The translations under genes and the position numbers were made by a program. From positions 360,001 through 392,000 of the forward strand of contig NZ_AP019769.1 in assembly GCF_023169545.1 (NCBI RefSeq): DNA of 32,000 nt. Reading direction: 5' to 3'. The stretch is from Nanobdella aerobiophila (GTDB taxonomy: Archaea > Nanobdellota > Nanobdellia > Nanobdellales > Nanobdellaceae). Each line of letters opens with the position of its first letter. Positions within the stretch are counted from its first letter, which is position 1. The notes under the pieces were generated by a model that had not been told where the DNA came from, made no database searches, and saw only the letters and a program-made list of their open reading frames with translations. Below are positions 1 to 9,197 of the stretch, one piece after another.

Positions 1-999
1 CCTTTTATTCAATAATGATAATCCTCTTTCAGATATTTCAGCTAGCATAGAAAAAACATATTCCTGTATAGAATATGATAAATCCTCTATTTTATACTTT
101 TTTATATTATTTTTTATATATGTATATAACCCACCAAATTGTACATCCATACCTTTAACAATATATGGCAGATCTATCAAGTTACTACCTTTTTTCGCAT
201 ATTCTTCTATTCTTGGGCCCGCTGGGAAACCGATATTTATTAATCTACCAACTTTATCTAAAAAATTACCAATACCAATATCTAAAGTTTCTCCTATTAT
301 TCTATACCTATCTCCAGAAAAGGATATCAACATTGTGTTTGCACCAGAAACCAATAGTATTAATGGGTCATTAAAATTATTATATAATTTAACAATTTCC
401 ATATGCGCTATCAGATGATTTACACCTATTTTATCTATCCCAAATCTTTTAGAAAATAAGTTAGCAGAAAAATACCCTTGTAGTAGAGTAGGATATAAAC
501 CAGGACCAGCAGAATAGGATATTAGATTTATACTCCTATCAAATTCATTCAAATTATTTATATAATTATTAAGGAATAGTTCTATATCTTTATCATTTGA
601 TTCTATTCTATTATCTGATATTTTTATGTATATATTATTATTTAATAATAGATATCTATACCGATTCCAAGGTTCTTCATGGAATCTCTCAGATACATAA
701 TCAAAACTACTATTATTTATTATTTTTGTATCTTCAATCTTCCTCTTTATCTCATTTAAAGCATCTACTATAATATACTTATCTTCTATTTTTTTGATAA
801 TAAAACCCGCATTCCATACTGATTTCTTAAATATATTTATAATTTCTTTAGAATGTAATTCAGCTGCTTCAGTAGGGTGAATACCACCTTTTTCTGGTTT
901 AAAAATTATTCTCTCATTAGAATATATCCTACCATTTTGATCTACAATACCAATAGAATACGTATGAGCAGTAGATTCAATACCAAGGGATATTATCAT
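1..999 (-). CDS. kae1: Kae1/TsaD family tRNA N6-threonylcarbamoyladenosine protein, partial (C-terminus beyond window)
   Basis: Hand translation of the minus strand is open from ATG (997-999) to base 1: MIISLGIESTAHTYSIGIVD...KGGIHPTEAAELHS...SYSAGPGLYPTLLQG...VNHLIAHMEIV...LLVSGANT...GETLDIGIGNFLDK...PAGPRIE...YIVKGMDVQFGGL...EDLSYSIQEYVFSMLAE. These are classic Kae1 motifs. Start overlaps the rps6e stop (ATGA). Confidence 0.93.
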   Translation of the reverse strand, partial: MIISLGIESTAHTYSIGIVDQNGRIYSNERIIFKPEKGGIHPTEAAELHSKEIINIFKKSVWNAGFIIKKIEDKYIIVDALNEIKRKIEDTKIINNSSFDYVSERFHEEPWNRYRYLLLNNNIYIKISDNRIESNDKDIELFLNNYINNLNEFDRSINLISYSAGPGLYPTLLQGYFSANLFSKRFGIDKIGVNHLIAHMEIVKLYNNFNDPLILLVSGANTMLISFSGDRYRIIGETLDIGIGNFLDKVGRLINIGFPAGPRIEEYAKKGSNLIDLPYIVKGMDVQFGGLYTYIKNNIKKYKIEDLSYSIQEYVFSMLAEISERGLSLLNKR

Positions 1000-1388
1000 T
1001 TATTCTCCGTATTATTATTTTTTAATTCCTGAAAAATCTCTTCAAAATTCTTATTACCATATTCCTTTATTACAGTATTTATTTGGACTATTTCAGGTGA
1101 TATTGTATTTCCTCTAACCAATTTTTTTACTCTTATCTTATTATAATTTTTCCAAACATATTTTTTATTCATACCAGATACATAGTCAACCATAGGAGCA
1201 CCTTCATATCCAGAACCGCCTTTAATTTCTAATTTATATCCATCTAAATCAATAATTTCACCATCTATTATATCTCCAATTTTCTTGCCAACTAATGATT
1301 CTTCTTTAACCTCTTTTTGTATACTCTTTCCACTTTTAGGATCAGATACTATTAATTTAAATATCATTTCTTTTCTCTTAGTTGCCAT
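996..1388 (-). CDS. rps6e: Ribosomal protein eS6 (S6e)
   Basis: MIFKLIVSDPKSGKSIQKEV...LVGKKIGDIIDGE...GYKLEIKGGSGYEGAPMVDYVSG; S6e hallmark K-I-x-G-G-S/T-x-x-x-G-x-P-M. Confidence 0.88.
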   Translation of the reverse strand: MATKRKEMIFKLIVSDPKSGKSIQKEVKEESLVGKKIGDIIDGEIIDLDGYKLEIKGGSGYEGAPMVDYVSGMNKKYVWKNYNKIRVKKLVRGNTISPEIVQINTVIKEYGNKNFEEIFQELKNNNTENK

Positions 1389-1461
1389 TCTTATTCTTTC
1401 TATAAAAATATTTTTAACTCTTTACTAAAACTTTTATTTATTTAAATAAATTAAAAAATAT

Positions 1462-1935
1462 ATGAATGAACTATTACATATAGAACAAGATAAGGACTTC
1501 CCGGACAAATTTTATGGAATAATAACCAGCATAAAAGACAATAATAATATAAATTTTTTAGATTATGAAAATAATATATATTCATATATTAATAATAAGA
1601 TGAGGTTTCCATTCTATTTTGGAATAATACCACAGACATATATAGAGGATGGCCCATTATCATTTATATTCTTCTCAGAGAATCAATATTCGATACTTAC
1701 CAAAATAAAATTAGAACCTTCATTTTTTATAAAAGTTCCGACAGGCGAGGCTGTACTAAATATAGTATTTTCTGAGGTAAATTCAAAAATAATAATAAAT
1801 AAAGATAATATAAAAAATATTTTAGAAGAATTCTTTAATGAAGAAATTTCTATAATAAATAATGCAAAAAATATATTAATAAATGCTAATAATGAATATC
1901 ATAGGAAGTATGTAAAGATTATTAAAAAATTATAG
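1462..1935 (+). CDS. Inorganic pyrophosphatase-like protein, apparently degenerate at the active site
   Basis: FPFYFGIIPQTYIEDGPLSFIFF aligns with the FYPxNYGFIPQTLxxDGDPLDVLVL core of family I PPases, but with most acidic metal ligands missing. Confidence 0.65.
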   Translation: MNELLHIEQDKDFPDKFYGIITSIKDNNNINFLDYENNIYSYINNKMRFPFYFGIIPQTYIEDGPLSFIFFSENQYSILTKIKLEPSFFIKVPTGEAVLNIVFSEVNSKIIINKDNIKNILEEFFNEEISIINNAKNILINANNEYHRKYVKIIKKL

Positions 1936-3705
1936 ACCCCAGGATGGATTTTCTTTTCTGAATATATTTGCAATTTCTTTCAGTATATTCTTTTGGTCCT
2001 CGTCCAATATCTCTCTATAATTTTTAAAAGTTCTATAGTCTTTTTCAGTTATATAAGTATATAAAATATCCTTCTCAAATAGATTTCGTCCTACTATAGC
2101 ATCTTCTATCGATATAGCAACCTTATCTTTTTTATACGCATAATCTAAATTTCTTTTTTCTTTCTGTATTGCTAATATCTTTCCAACAATCCTCCCACTC
2201 TGATTCATTAAATATACCTCTTTTACTATCTTTCCTTCTAATACCTCTACACCCACAATAGCAGGATTAGACCTCCTAAATACATTATTCTCTATAACAT
2301 ATATCTTGCCTATTACTGGTAATGATCCCAATATTTTTTCTTTATTAGATTTTATATCTTTTATATAATTATCTATTTTCTCTGCCAGATCATAAATTAT
2401 GTCTGATATTATTATTTTTACATTATTATTCTTTACAATATCTTCGGCATTTTTTGATATTCTAACATTAAATCCTACAATTACTGCATATTCTATATTT
2501 TTTTCCTTCATAGATAATGCTATATCAATATCATTTTTTTCTATATCGCCTATATCCGCTTTTTTTATTGGAATATTCCTTTCTTTTAATAATCTTGTTA
2601 ATACTTCTAAAGATCCCAGTGTATCTGATTTTACAACAATGCCCTCCTTATCTGTATTGAATATTATATCACTAATATCAGCTTTTAATCTATTTTCTAT
2701 ATCTTTTAATTCTTCATCTTTATTAAATACATATATAGTAGATCCTGGTAATGCATCTTCTAGATTATCTGCAACAATTCTTATACCCGCTGCTGCATAT
2801 ACCTCATTTATTTCATTAAATTTATTTTTAGCAAATCTTATATCAGTTAAATTTTGAGGCTTTAATAATGATTTTATTTTTGCATATTTAACACCATTTC
2901 TAGTTAAAAAAGCTATTTTATCACCTTTCTTTATTCTACCATCATATAAAATAATATCTATAACATCCCCAATACCTTTTTCTTCTTTTCTTTCTAATAT
3001 TACACCTATACCACTCCCCTCTACATTTATCTTTAATTTTTCTTCTAAAAATCTTTGAGATAATCCAGAAATTAATAATAATAAATCTGGTATACCCTCG
3101 CCAGTTCTAGCAGATAAGGGTATTATAGCTACCTGTTTCCTAAAATCTTTTATTCTATCATATCTATCTGAATCAAATCCGAATTCATATAGTTTAACAA
3201 CAATATTATATACATATTCGTCCAATTTAGCTTGAACTTTCTGATCTTGTTGTTTTATAGTTTCTATGAATGGTTTTTCATTATTTGGTTTCCATCCATC
3301 TATTCTATCTATTTTATTTAATGCTATTAAAAATGGTATTTTCAAATTCTTACATATTTCTATCGCTTCATAAGTTTGCTTCTGAAAACCTTCCAATATA
3401 TCTACAACGATTATAGCGAAATCAGATACAGAACCTCCTCTCTTTCTTAGATTACTAAATGCTTCATGACCAGGTGTATCAATAAATAATAAAGAAGGTA
3501 TTTTTAATTCGAATTTATATATATTTAATAATGTTTTTGATATATTTTTTATTACTTCTATTGAAACTTCTGTAGCACCTATATGTTGAGTCATTTCACC
3601 TGCTTCTTTATTTATTATCGATGTATTTCTTATCCGATCTAATAGAGATGTTTTTCCAGCATCAACATGACCTAGAACTACAATAATAGGAGACCTTATT
3701 GCCAT
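1930..3705 (-). CDS. infB: Translation initiation factor aIF5B/IF2 (GTPase)
   Basis: G1 motif GHVDAGKTSLLDRIR, DTPGHEAFSNLRKRGG, NKIDRI, long eIF5B-type C-terminal domains; archaeal/eukaryotic-type start SPIIVVLGHVDAGKT. Confidence 0.95.
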   Translation of the reverse strand: MAIRSPIIVVLGHVDAGKTSLLDRIRNTSIINKEAGEMTQHIGATEVSIEVIKNISKTLLNIYKFELKIPSLLFIDTPGHEAFSNLRKRGGSVSDFAIIVVDILEGFQKQTYEAIEICKNLKIPFLIALNKIDRIDGWKPNNEKPFIETIKQQDQKVQAKLDEYVYNIVVKLYEFGFDSDRYDRIKDFRKQVAIIPLSARTGEGIPDLLLLISGLSQRFLEEKLKINVEGSGIGVILERKEEKGIGDVIDIILYDGRIKKGDKIAFLTRNGVKYAKIKSLLKPQNLTDIRFAKNKFNEINEVYAAAGIRIVADNLEDALPGSTIYVFNKDEELKDIENRLKADISDIIFNTDKEGIVVKSDTLGSLEVLTRLLKERNIPIKKADIGDIEKNDIDIALSMKEKNIEYAVIVGFNVRISKNAEDIVKNNNVKIIISDIIYDLAEKIDNYIKDIKSNKEKILGSLPVIGKIYVIENNVFRRSNPAIVGVEVLEGKIVKEVYLMNQSGRIVGKILAIQKEKRNLDYAYKKDKVAISIEDAIVGRNLFEKDILYTYITEKDYRTFKNYREILDEDQKNILKEIANIFRKENPSWGL

Positions 3706-3737
3706 AAATATTAATTATCATAAAATTAATTTAAAAA

Positions 3738-4484
3738 TTAAGAATATTTTTTATTTAATTCATAAACACCTATAGCTGATAAAATAACTTCAAAAATTAT
3801 TAATACAATTATATCAATATAAATCGGTATATATGATAAATTAATTAATAAATATCTTAATATATCTATACCATATGTAACAGGATCAATTAATGTAATA
3901 TAATATAATATTTTTGGAACTTCATTTAATGGATAAAATGCACCAGATAAAAACATCAATGGAAATATTAAAAAAGAAGAAATAGCACCAAAAGATTCGA
4001 AAGTATCTAATAATAATCCTACTAATAATCCTATTGATGATATAGTTAAAGATAATAAAAATACAATAGGTACAACTAATAAAAAAGAAATTATTGATAG
4101 TTTTATACCTATTAAAAATGAAAATACTAATATTATAATGCCTTCTATTGCTCCATTTGTTGCACCTCCAAATGCTTTTCCCAAAAATATTGATAATCTA
4201 GAGGCAGGAGAAACTTGAAATAATTTAAATACACCAAATTCTTTATCCCATATTAAAGATATTCCTGATGTAAGACCTATAGTCATTACTGATATACCTA
4301 CAATTCCTGGAAAAAGAAAATATATATAATTTAAACTATTTATTTTTATAAAATTGAATCCATATCCTAATATAAATAATAATAATAGGGGTTGAAATAG
4401 AGAAGAAATAAATCTTTTCTTATCTCTTATAAATTTTGTTATATCTCTTCTCCAGATCCAATATATTTGATCTAGATTTATCAT
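3738..4484 (-). CDS. ABC-2 type transporter permease
   Basis: Multiple TM helices, SRLSIFLGKAFGGATNGAIEGIII and FPLMFLSGAFYPLNEVPKILYYITLIDPVTYGIDILRY; adjacent to an ABC ATPase. Confidence 0.88.
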   Translation of the reverse strand: MINLDQIYWIWRRDITKFIRDKKRFISSLFQPLLLLFILGYGFNFIKINSLNYIYFLFPGIVGISVMTIGLTSGISLIWDKEFGVFKLFQVSPASRLSIFLGKAFGGATNGAIEGIIILVFSFLIGIKLSIISFLLVVPIVFLLSLTISSIGLLVGLLLDTFESFGAISSFLIFPLMFLSGAFYPLNEVPKILYYITLIDPVTYGIDILRYLLINLSYIPIYIDIIVLIIFEVILSAIGVYELNKKYS

Positions 4485-5398
4485 CTTAATTCCCTACCTG
4501 TATAATATAAAAATACTTCTGCCAAAGTTGCTTTTCTAATATTAATGGAATCTATATTTATATTATTATTCTTTATATAATTAAATAATTCTATTAAAAA
4601 TTTTTCAGAATCTTTTACAGTAATTATATATTTATTATCTGATCTCCTTATTTCTTTAATATATTCTGAATTTATATCTATATTATTTTTTGTCTCTAAG
4701 ATTACAATATCACCTTCTAATTTCTTTTTTAAATTATCTGGTTCTCCAATAACTTTTATTTCACCTTTATCCATAATTGCAATTCTATCACATAATTCTT
4801 CTGCTTCTTCCATATAATGTGTGGTAATAAAAATAGTAATATTATAATCTTTTACTAATCTTTTAATATAATCCCATAATAAATATCTTATATCAGGATC
4901 TAAACCTGTGGTAGGTTCATCTAGAAATAATATTTTTGGATTAGATAATAAGGCTCTTGCAATTTCAACTTTTCTCTTCATACCTCCTGATAGATATCTT
5001 ACAATTTTATCTTTATAACTATCTAATTCCAAAAATTTTAAAACTTCATTTATTCTTTCTTCTCTTTTATTTTTAGGCATATTATATAAGGAAGCTCCAA
5101 GATATAAATTTTCTTTAACAGTCAATCTGTTATCAGAAGATGAATCCTGAAAAACAATACCTATTGATTTCCTAACCTCTTTTTGATCTTTTATAATATC
5201 ATAATTATTTATAATTGCAGTACCAGAAGTTGGTTTTACTAATGTAGATAATATAGATATTAATGTAGTTTTTCCGGCTCCATTTGGACCTAATAATCCA
5301 AATATTTCTCCTTTTTTAACATTAAAAGATATATTATTTAAAGCATAAAAATTATTATATTTTTTAACAATATTATTAACTTCTATAGCATAATCCAT
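4481..5398 (-). CDS. ABC transporter ATP-binding protein (drug/lipid exporter type)
   Basis: Walker A GPNGAGKTTL, signature YLSGGMKRKVEIARALL, Walker B ILFLDEPTTGLDP. Confidence 0.95.
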   Translation of the reverse strand: MDYAIEVNNIVKKYNNFYALNNISFNVKKGEIFGLLGPNGAGKTTLISILSTLVKPTSGTAIINNYDIIKDQKEVRKSIGIVFQDSSSDNRLTVKENLYLGASLYNMPKNKREERINEVLKFLELDSYKDKIVRYLSGGMKRKVEIARALLSNPKILFLDEPTTGLDPDIRYLLWDYIKRLVKDYNITIFITTHYMEEAEELCDRIAIMDKGEIKVIGEPDNLKKKLEGDIVILETKNNIDINSEYIKEIRRSDNKYIITVKDSEKFLIELFNYIKNNNINIDSINIRKATLAEVFLYYTGRELR

Positions 5399-5470
5399 AT
5401 TAAAATATTATTATATTATTTTAAAAAAGTAAAATTTCAAAGATTAAATAATTTGTAAAAATTTAGAACC

Positions 5471-5544
5471 CGGGCCCGGGGGGTTTCGAACCCCCGACCT
5501 TCGGGTTAAAAGCCCGACGCTCTACCATGCTGAGCTACGGACCC
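5471..5544 (-). tRNA. tRNA-Lys(TTT)
   Basis: Reverse complement GGGTCCGTAGCTCAGCATGGTAGAGCGTCGGGCTTTTAACCCGAAGGTCGGGGGTTCGAAACCCCCCGGGCCCG folds as a full cloverleaf; anticodon loop CTTTTAA; CCA not encoded. Confidence 0.97.
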
Positions 5545-5581
5545 ACAACTAATAATTATTATTTATATAGTACATAAACTT

Positions 5582-6361
5582 TTAAGGATGTATCCAAAAG
5601 TTATATAGACCTAAAGAACGTACTTTATTAATTGCCTCTGAATATGATTCTAATGTACCTATATCAAACCAAAAACCCTCATTATAAGTATATGTTAATA
5701 GTTCTTCTTTCTTAAATTTTAAAATCCACTCAAATAGTTTACCTATCGAATCTTTATCCTTATTATTATTTATGTATTCATATAATAAACCCAATTTTTC
5801 TTTTGGTATATAATATATTCCAATGGATATTATGGTAGATATTGGATTCTCTGGTTTTTCATAAAATTCAACTATTTTATTGTTTTCGACCTTTAAAACT
5901 CCAAATCTCTTAGCATCTTCATTATTTTTTATATCATAAGATCCTAAGATGATCTTATCATAACCGACATCTAATAATCTTTTAATATCAAAATTAAATA
6001 AATTGTCACCAAGTACAACCAATAAATCTGAATTGATTTTTTGTTTATCTATTGTATAATGTAGACCTCCTATCGCGCCCAACTTATTTTCCTGAGAATT
6101 CGAAGGTTCTATAGATAGATCTATATTTACATCACCATAAAATGCTTTTAATGTTTTTAACCAATATTTAAAATGATTTTGAAATTTTTCATTTATAGAA
6201 ATAATTATAGAATTTGGATTTAATTCTAATATTTTGTTTAGAGTATAATTTAATATTGGTACTCCCTCTAATGGAAATAAAGGCTTTGGAATATAATCTG
6301 ACAACGGTCTTAGTCTCTTTGCATAACCACCAGCTAAGATAATACAATCTAGATTGTCCAT
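5582..6361 (-). CDS. Sugar-phosphate nucleotidyltransferase (NTP_transferase family)
   Basis: CIILAGGYAKRLRPLSDYIPKPLFPLEGVPILNY; VVLGDNLF; GFWFDIGTLESY. Confidence 0.9.
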   Translation of the reverse strand: MDNLDCIILAGGYAKRLRPLSDYIPKPLFPLEGVPILNYTLNKILELNPNSIIISINEKFQNHFKYWLKTLKAFYGDVNIDLSIEPSNSQENKLGAIGGLHYTIDKQKINSDLLVVLGDNLFNFDIKRLLDVGYDKIILGSYDIKNNEDAKRFGVLKVENNKIVEFYEKPENPISTIISIGIYYIPKEKLGLLYEYINNNKDKDSIGKLFEWILKFKKEELLTYTYNEGFWFDIGTLESYSEAINKVRSLGLYNFWIHP

Positions 6362-6370
6362 ACAGATTTT

Positions 6371-7054
6371 TTAGCTATATAAATTTATATACTCTATTGA
6401 ATTATTTACATAGCTAAAATAACCTATCGATACTGTATTAGATGATATACCAAAAGATCTCTTAGTACCTATAATTCTATCCCCATTATATAGATCTAAT
6501 AATGATAAATAATTAGATAATATTATACTATTATAAGTTGAACTTATATTTATATTTCCATTTTGATATAGATATAAATCACAAAATAATAATGACCTGT
6601 AATATATACTATATATACTAATATTATAATAATTACTACAATATATACTTCCGTCGGATAAGCTATAATTTATATTATTGTTACTAAAAATAAAAAATGA
6701 TAAGAAGGATGTTATATTGCTATTAGAACTTTCATATATATTTATATAGCTGCCGGCATTATTATAATATATTTCTACACAGTTATTGCAGACATAATAA
6801 TTAGTAGATAAAAATATAACAGAGGGTGTATATGAGTATGAAAATGGTATTCCTGTAATATTATATATTTGATTTTCATTATAATTATTAGAGAAATAAA
6901 ATGAATCTAAATACAAACCCTGAAATTTTGATATATCAGATAAATAATTAGTATAAGAATTTAGTCCACTTATAAAATCAGTAAAAACATATATAAACAG
7001 GTATATAAATATTCCCAAAGTTAGTAATACCTCAATCCAACTTTGAGATTTCAT
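6371..7054 (-). CDS. Pilin-like / prepilin-type secreted protein (hypothetical)
   Basis: MKSQSWIEVLLTLGIFIYLFIYVF resembles an N-terminal class III/prepilin signal plus hydrophobic helix; adjacent to a T2SF membrane protein gene. Confidence 0.5.
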   Translation of the reverse strand: MKSQSWIEVLLTLGIFIYLFIYVFTDFISGLNSYTNYLSDISKFQGLYLDSFYFSNNYNENQIYNITGIPFSYSYTPSVIFLSTNYYVCNNCVEIYYNNAGSYINIYESSNSNITSFLSFFIFSNNNINYSLSDGSIYCSNYYNISIYSIYYRSLLFCDLYLYQNGNINISSTYNSIILSNYLSLLDLYNGDRIIGTKRSFGISSNTVSIGYFSYVNNSIEYINLYS

Positions 7055-8316
7055 ATCGTTACATTAATATACTCATCTTTATTATACAATTTACCCTGAT
7101 ATCTCATCTTTGCATCAACTAGATATTCTCCCGACTGATTAAATTCTGTAGAATAAGAATAAAATCCATTATTCAATATAAATACCTGTGTACTCTGATA
7201 ATTTGTATTAATCCCTACAATTGATAATGTTACTGGAACATTATTTAGAGGATTAGAATTAGCAGAGCCATAAATCTGTATAGTTATTGGATTATATATA
7301 TATGCATTTGTAGGATATATATCTAGAGTGAAATTTACTTTAGTAGGTAATATAAATATTATAACGGCAAGTAGCCCAATAAATACATTGATAGCTAAGT
7401 GTTTCATAGAGGTGGAGAACTTTCCTGATTCCGCTATACCTGATGTTATAGAAACAGATATTCCAACTAGTATTATAGATAGCCCTGAAATAAATTTTAA
7501 CCAACCATAATTTATCGAACTGGAGAATAAACTAAAAGAACTCTTGACAGTAGCAGCAATTAGTTGACTATTTATTAAAGGCTGTATGGTATTTAATATT
7601 GATATCATTAATCCTATAAATATCACATATATACTATATAATACCATAACTTGTTGAGAGACATAAGATTTTCTTAATTTATCTAGATCTCTGCTATTTT
7701 CTAAATCAGTATATATTCTTTTTAGAGATTTTGATAGATCTCCACCACCAATATAACTTTCTAATATTACATAATTTGTCCTTCTAATATCTGGTAAATC
7801 ATAAAAATATAAATTAAATAATGTAAAAGCCTTTTCAAATGGTAGGCCCCATTTTAGCCAACTATATAGTTTTCTTACATATCTAGATAAATATCCAAAA
7901 TCTAGATTCGATGTATAATTTAATGCATCTACAATTGACAATCCAGAAGATATACTATCAGATAATTGAGATAGAAAATATGGATAATTGTCTATAATGT
8001 TTTCATTAATCTTATCTTCCATATATTTATAAGCCATATATGGAGCCCCACCTACTAAATATACAACAATAATTAGTATAGATAAAGAGATATAATTTTC
8101 ATATAATCTAAATAGCAATCCAATAGTTAATATTAATAATGATCCTATGGTAGACAAGATCAATATTAACCTACTTTCCTTTATTTCCTTCCCCAGAAAT
8201 TTTATTTTTTTATAATTTTCTGGATCTGAGATATCAGGTATAATACCTAATTTATATAATAAATTAATTGATCTACTGGGCATCTTCCTATTATAATTTA
8301 AATTAATGGTTGGCAT
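7051..8316 (-). CDS. Type II/IV secretion membrane platform protein (TadC/ArlJ-like), C-half module, with extra C-terminal extracytoplasmic domain
   Basis: T2SF-like DNYPYFLSQLSDSISSGLSIVDAL...LKWGLPFEKAF...RRTNYVILESYIGGGDLSKSLKRIYTDL followed by TM helices, then about 100 aa beta-rich tail. Alternative start at 8283. Confidence 0.8.
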   Translation of the reverse strand: MPTINLNYNRKMPSRSINLLYKLGIIPDISDPENYKKIKFLGKEIKESRLILILSTIGSLLILTIGLLFRLYENYISLSILIIVVYLVGGAPYMAYKYMEDKINENIIDNYPYFLSQLSDSISSGLSIVDALNYTSNLDFGYLSRYVRKLYSWLKWGLPFEKAFTLFNLYFYDLPDIRRTNYVILESYIGGGDLSKSLKRIYTDLENSRDLDKLRKSYVSQQVMVLYSIYVIFIGLMISILNTIQPLINSQLIAATVKSSFSLFSSSINYGWLKFISGLSIILVGISVSITSGIAESGKFSTSMKHLAINVFIGLLAVIIFILPTKVNFTLDIYPTNAYIYNPITIQIYGSANSNPLNNVPVTLSIVGINTNYQSTQVFILNNGFYSYSTEFNQSGEYLVDAKMRYQGKLYNKDEYINVTI

Positions 8317-8351
8317 TATATTTTTATTTTACAATTTTAATATTTAAATAT

Positions 8352-9197
8352 ATGACTAATATATTATATGAATTTTTTGATGGTATAGAAAAGGATTATT
8401 TAGCATCGGGCATGAATAAAAAATTAGAAAAATATATATCAGACTCTATACAATATTCTATAGTAATTGCTATATTTATTGGAGTATTATCTTTTATCTT
8501 TATATTAATTATATCAATAAAATTAATAAAACATATAATACCTTTTCTATTTATAGCTCCAATATTCTTAGCTATACTATCCTTCGCCGGTCTATTATAT
8601 TTATTCAAGATATATCCAAAATTTTTGAAAAATGAAAGAGAAAGAAAAATAGATAACTCTTTATATTTTGCTGTATTATATATGGCTTCCTTAACATCTT
8701 CTGGTGCAAATCCTAAAGTATTATTTGATTTATTATCAAAATACAAAGATTTTTCAGAGATACAAAAAGAATCTCAAAGAATAATATATTTAGTAGATGA
8801 TATTGGATTATCATTACCTGATGCATTAAAAAATAGAATAGATTACTCCCCATCAAAAAAATGGGCTTCTATATTAGAGGGAATTAGATCTATAATTATA
8901 GAAGGTGGAGATTTAGAATCTTATTTATATCAGCAAGTAGAAAAATTATATGAAGAATATAAAAGAAAGATTATAGAATATTCTGATAACTTACAAATAT
9001 TTTTGGAGATATATATTACCTTAATTGTAGTAGGTATAATATTCTTAATAATATTAACAACACTCATGGGATCTATAGCAAATACAAGTTTTCAGTCTAT
9101 AGAATCATTACAATTGATAAGTGTACTTACTATATTACCAATGGGTACATTAATGTTTATTATATTGATAAAATCTATGAACCCATTTGAGACGTAG
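8352..9197 (+). CDS. Type II/IV secretion membrane platform protein (TadC/ArlJ-like), N-half module
   Basis: IDNSLYFAVLYMASLTSSGANPKVLFDLLSKYKDFSEIQKESQRIIYLVDDIGLSLPDALKNRI...PSKKWASILEGIRSIIIEGGDLESYL...EIYITLIVVGIIFLIILTTLMG. Track ORF begins at 8310; ATG at 8352 (MTNILYEFF) is the more likely start. Confidence 0.82.
   Translation: MTNILYEFFDGIEKDYLASGMNKKLEKYISDSIQYSIVIAIFIGVLSFIFILIISIKLIKHIIPFLFIAPIFLAILSFAGLLYLFKIYPKFLKNERERKIDNSLYFAVLYMASLTSSGANPKVLFDLLSKYKDFSEIQKESQRIIYLVDDIGLSLPDALKNRIDYSPSKKWASILEGIRSIIIEGGDLESYLYQQVEKLYEEYKRKIIEYSDNLQIFLEIYITLIVVGIIFLIILTTLMGSIANTSFQSIESLQLISVLTILPMGTLMFIILIKSMNPFET

Noticed and set aside
165-374. Track ORF 165..374 (+), 69 aa
   Set aside because: Antisense to the clearly coding Kae1 frame; composition is an artefact of AT-rich sequence.
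2399-2857. Track ORF 2399..2857 (+), 152 aa, Phe/Ser/Ile-rich
   Set aside because: Lies entirely antisense to aIF5B; no recognisable family.
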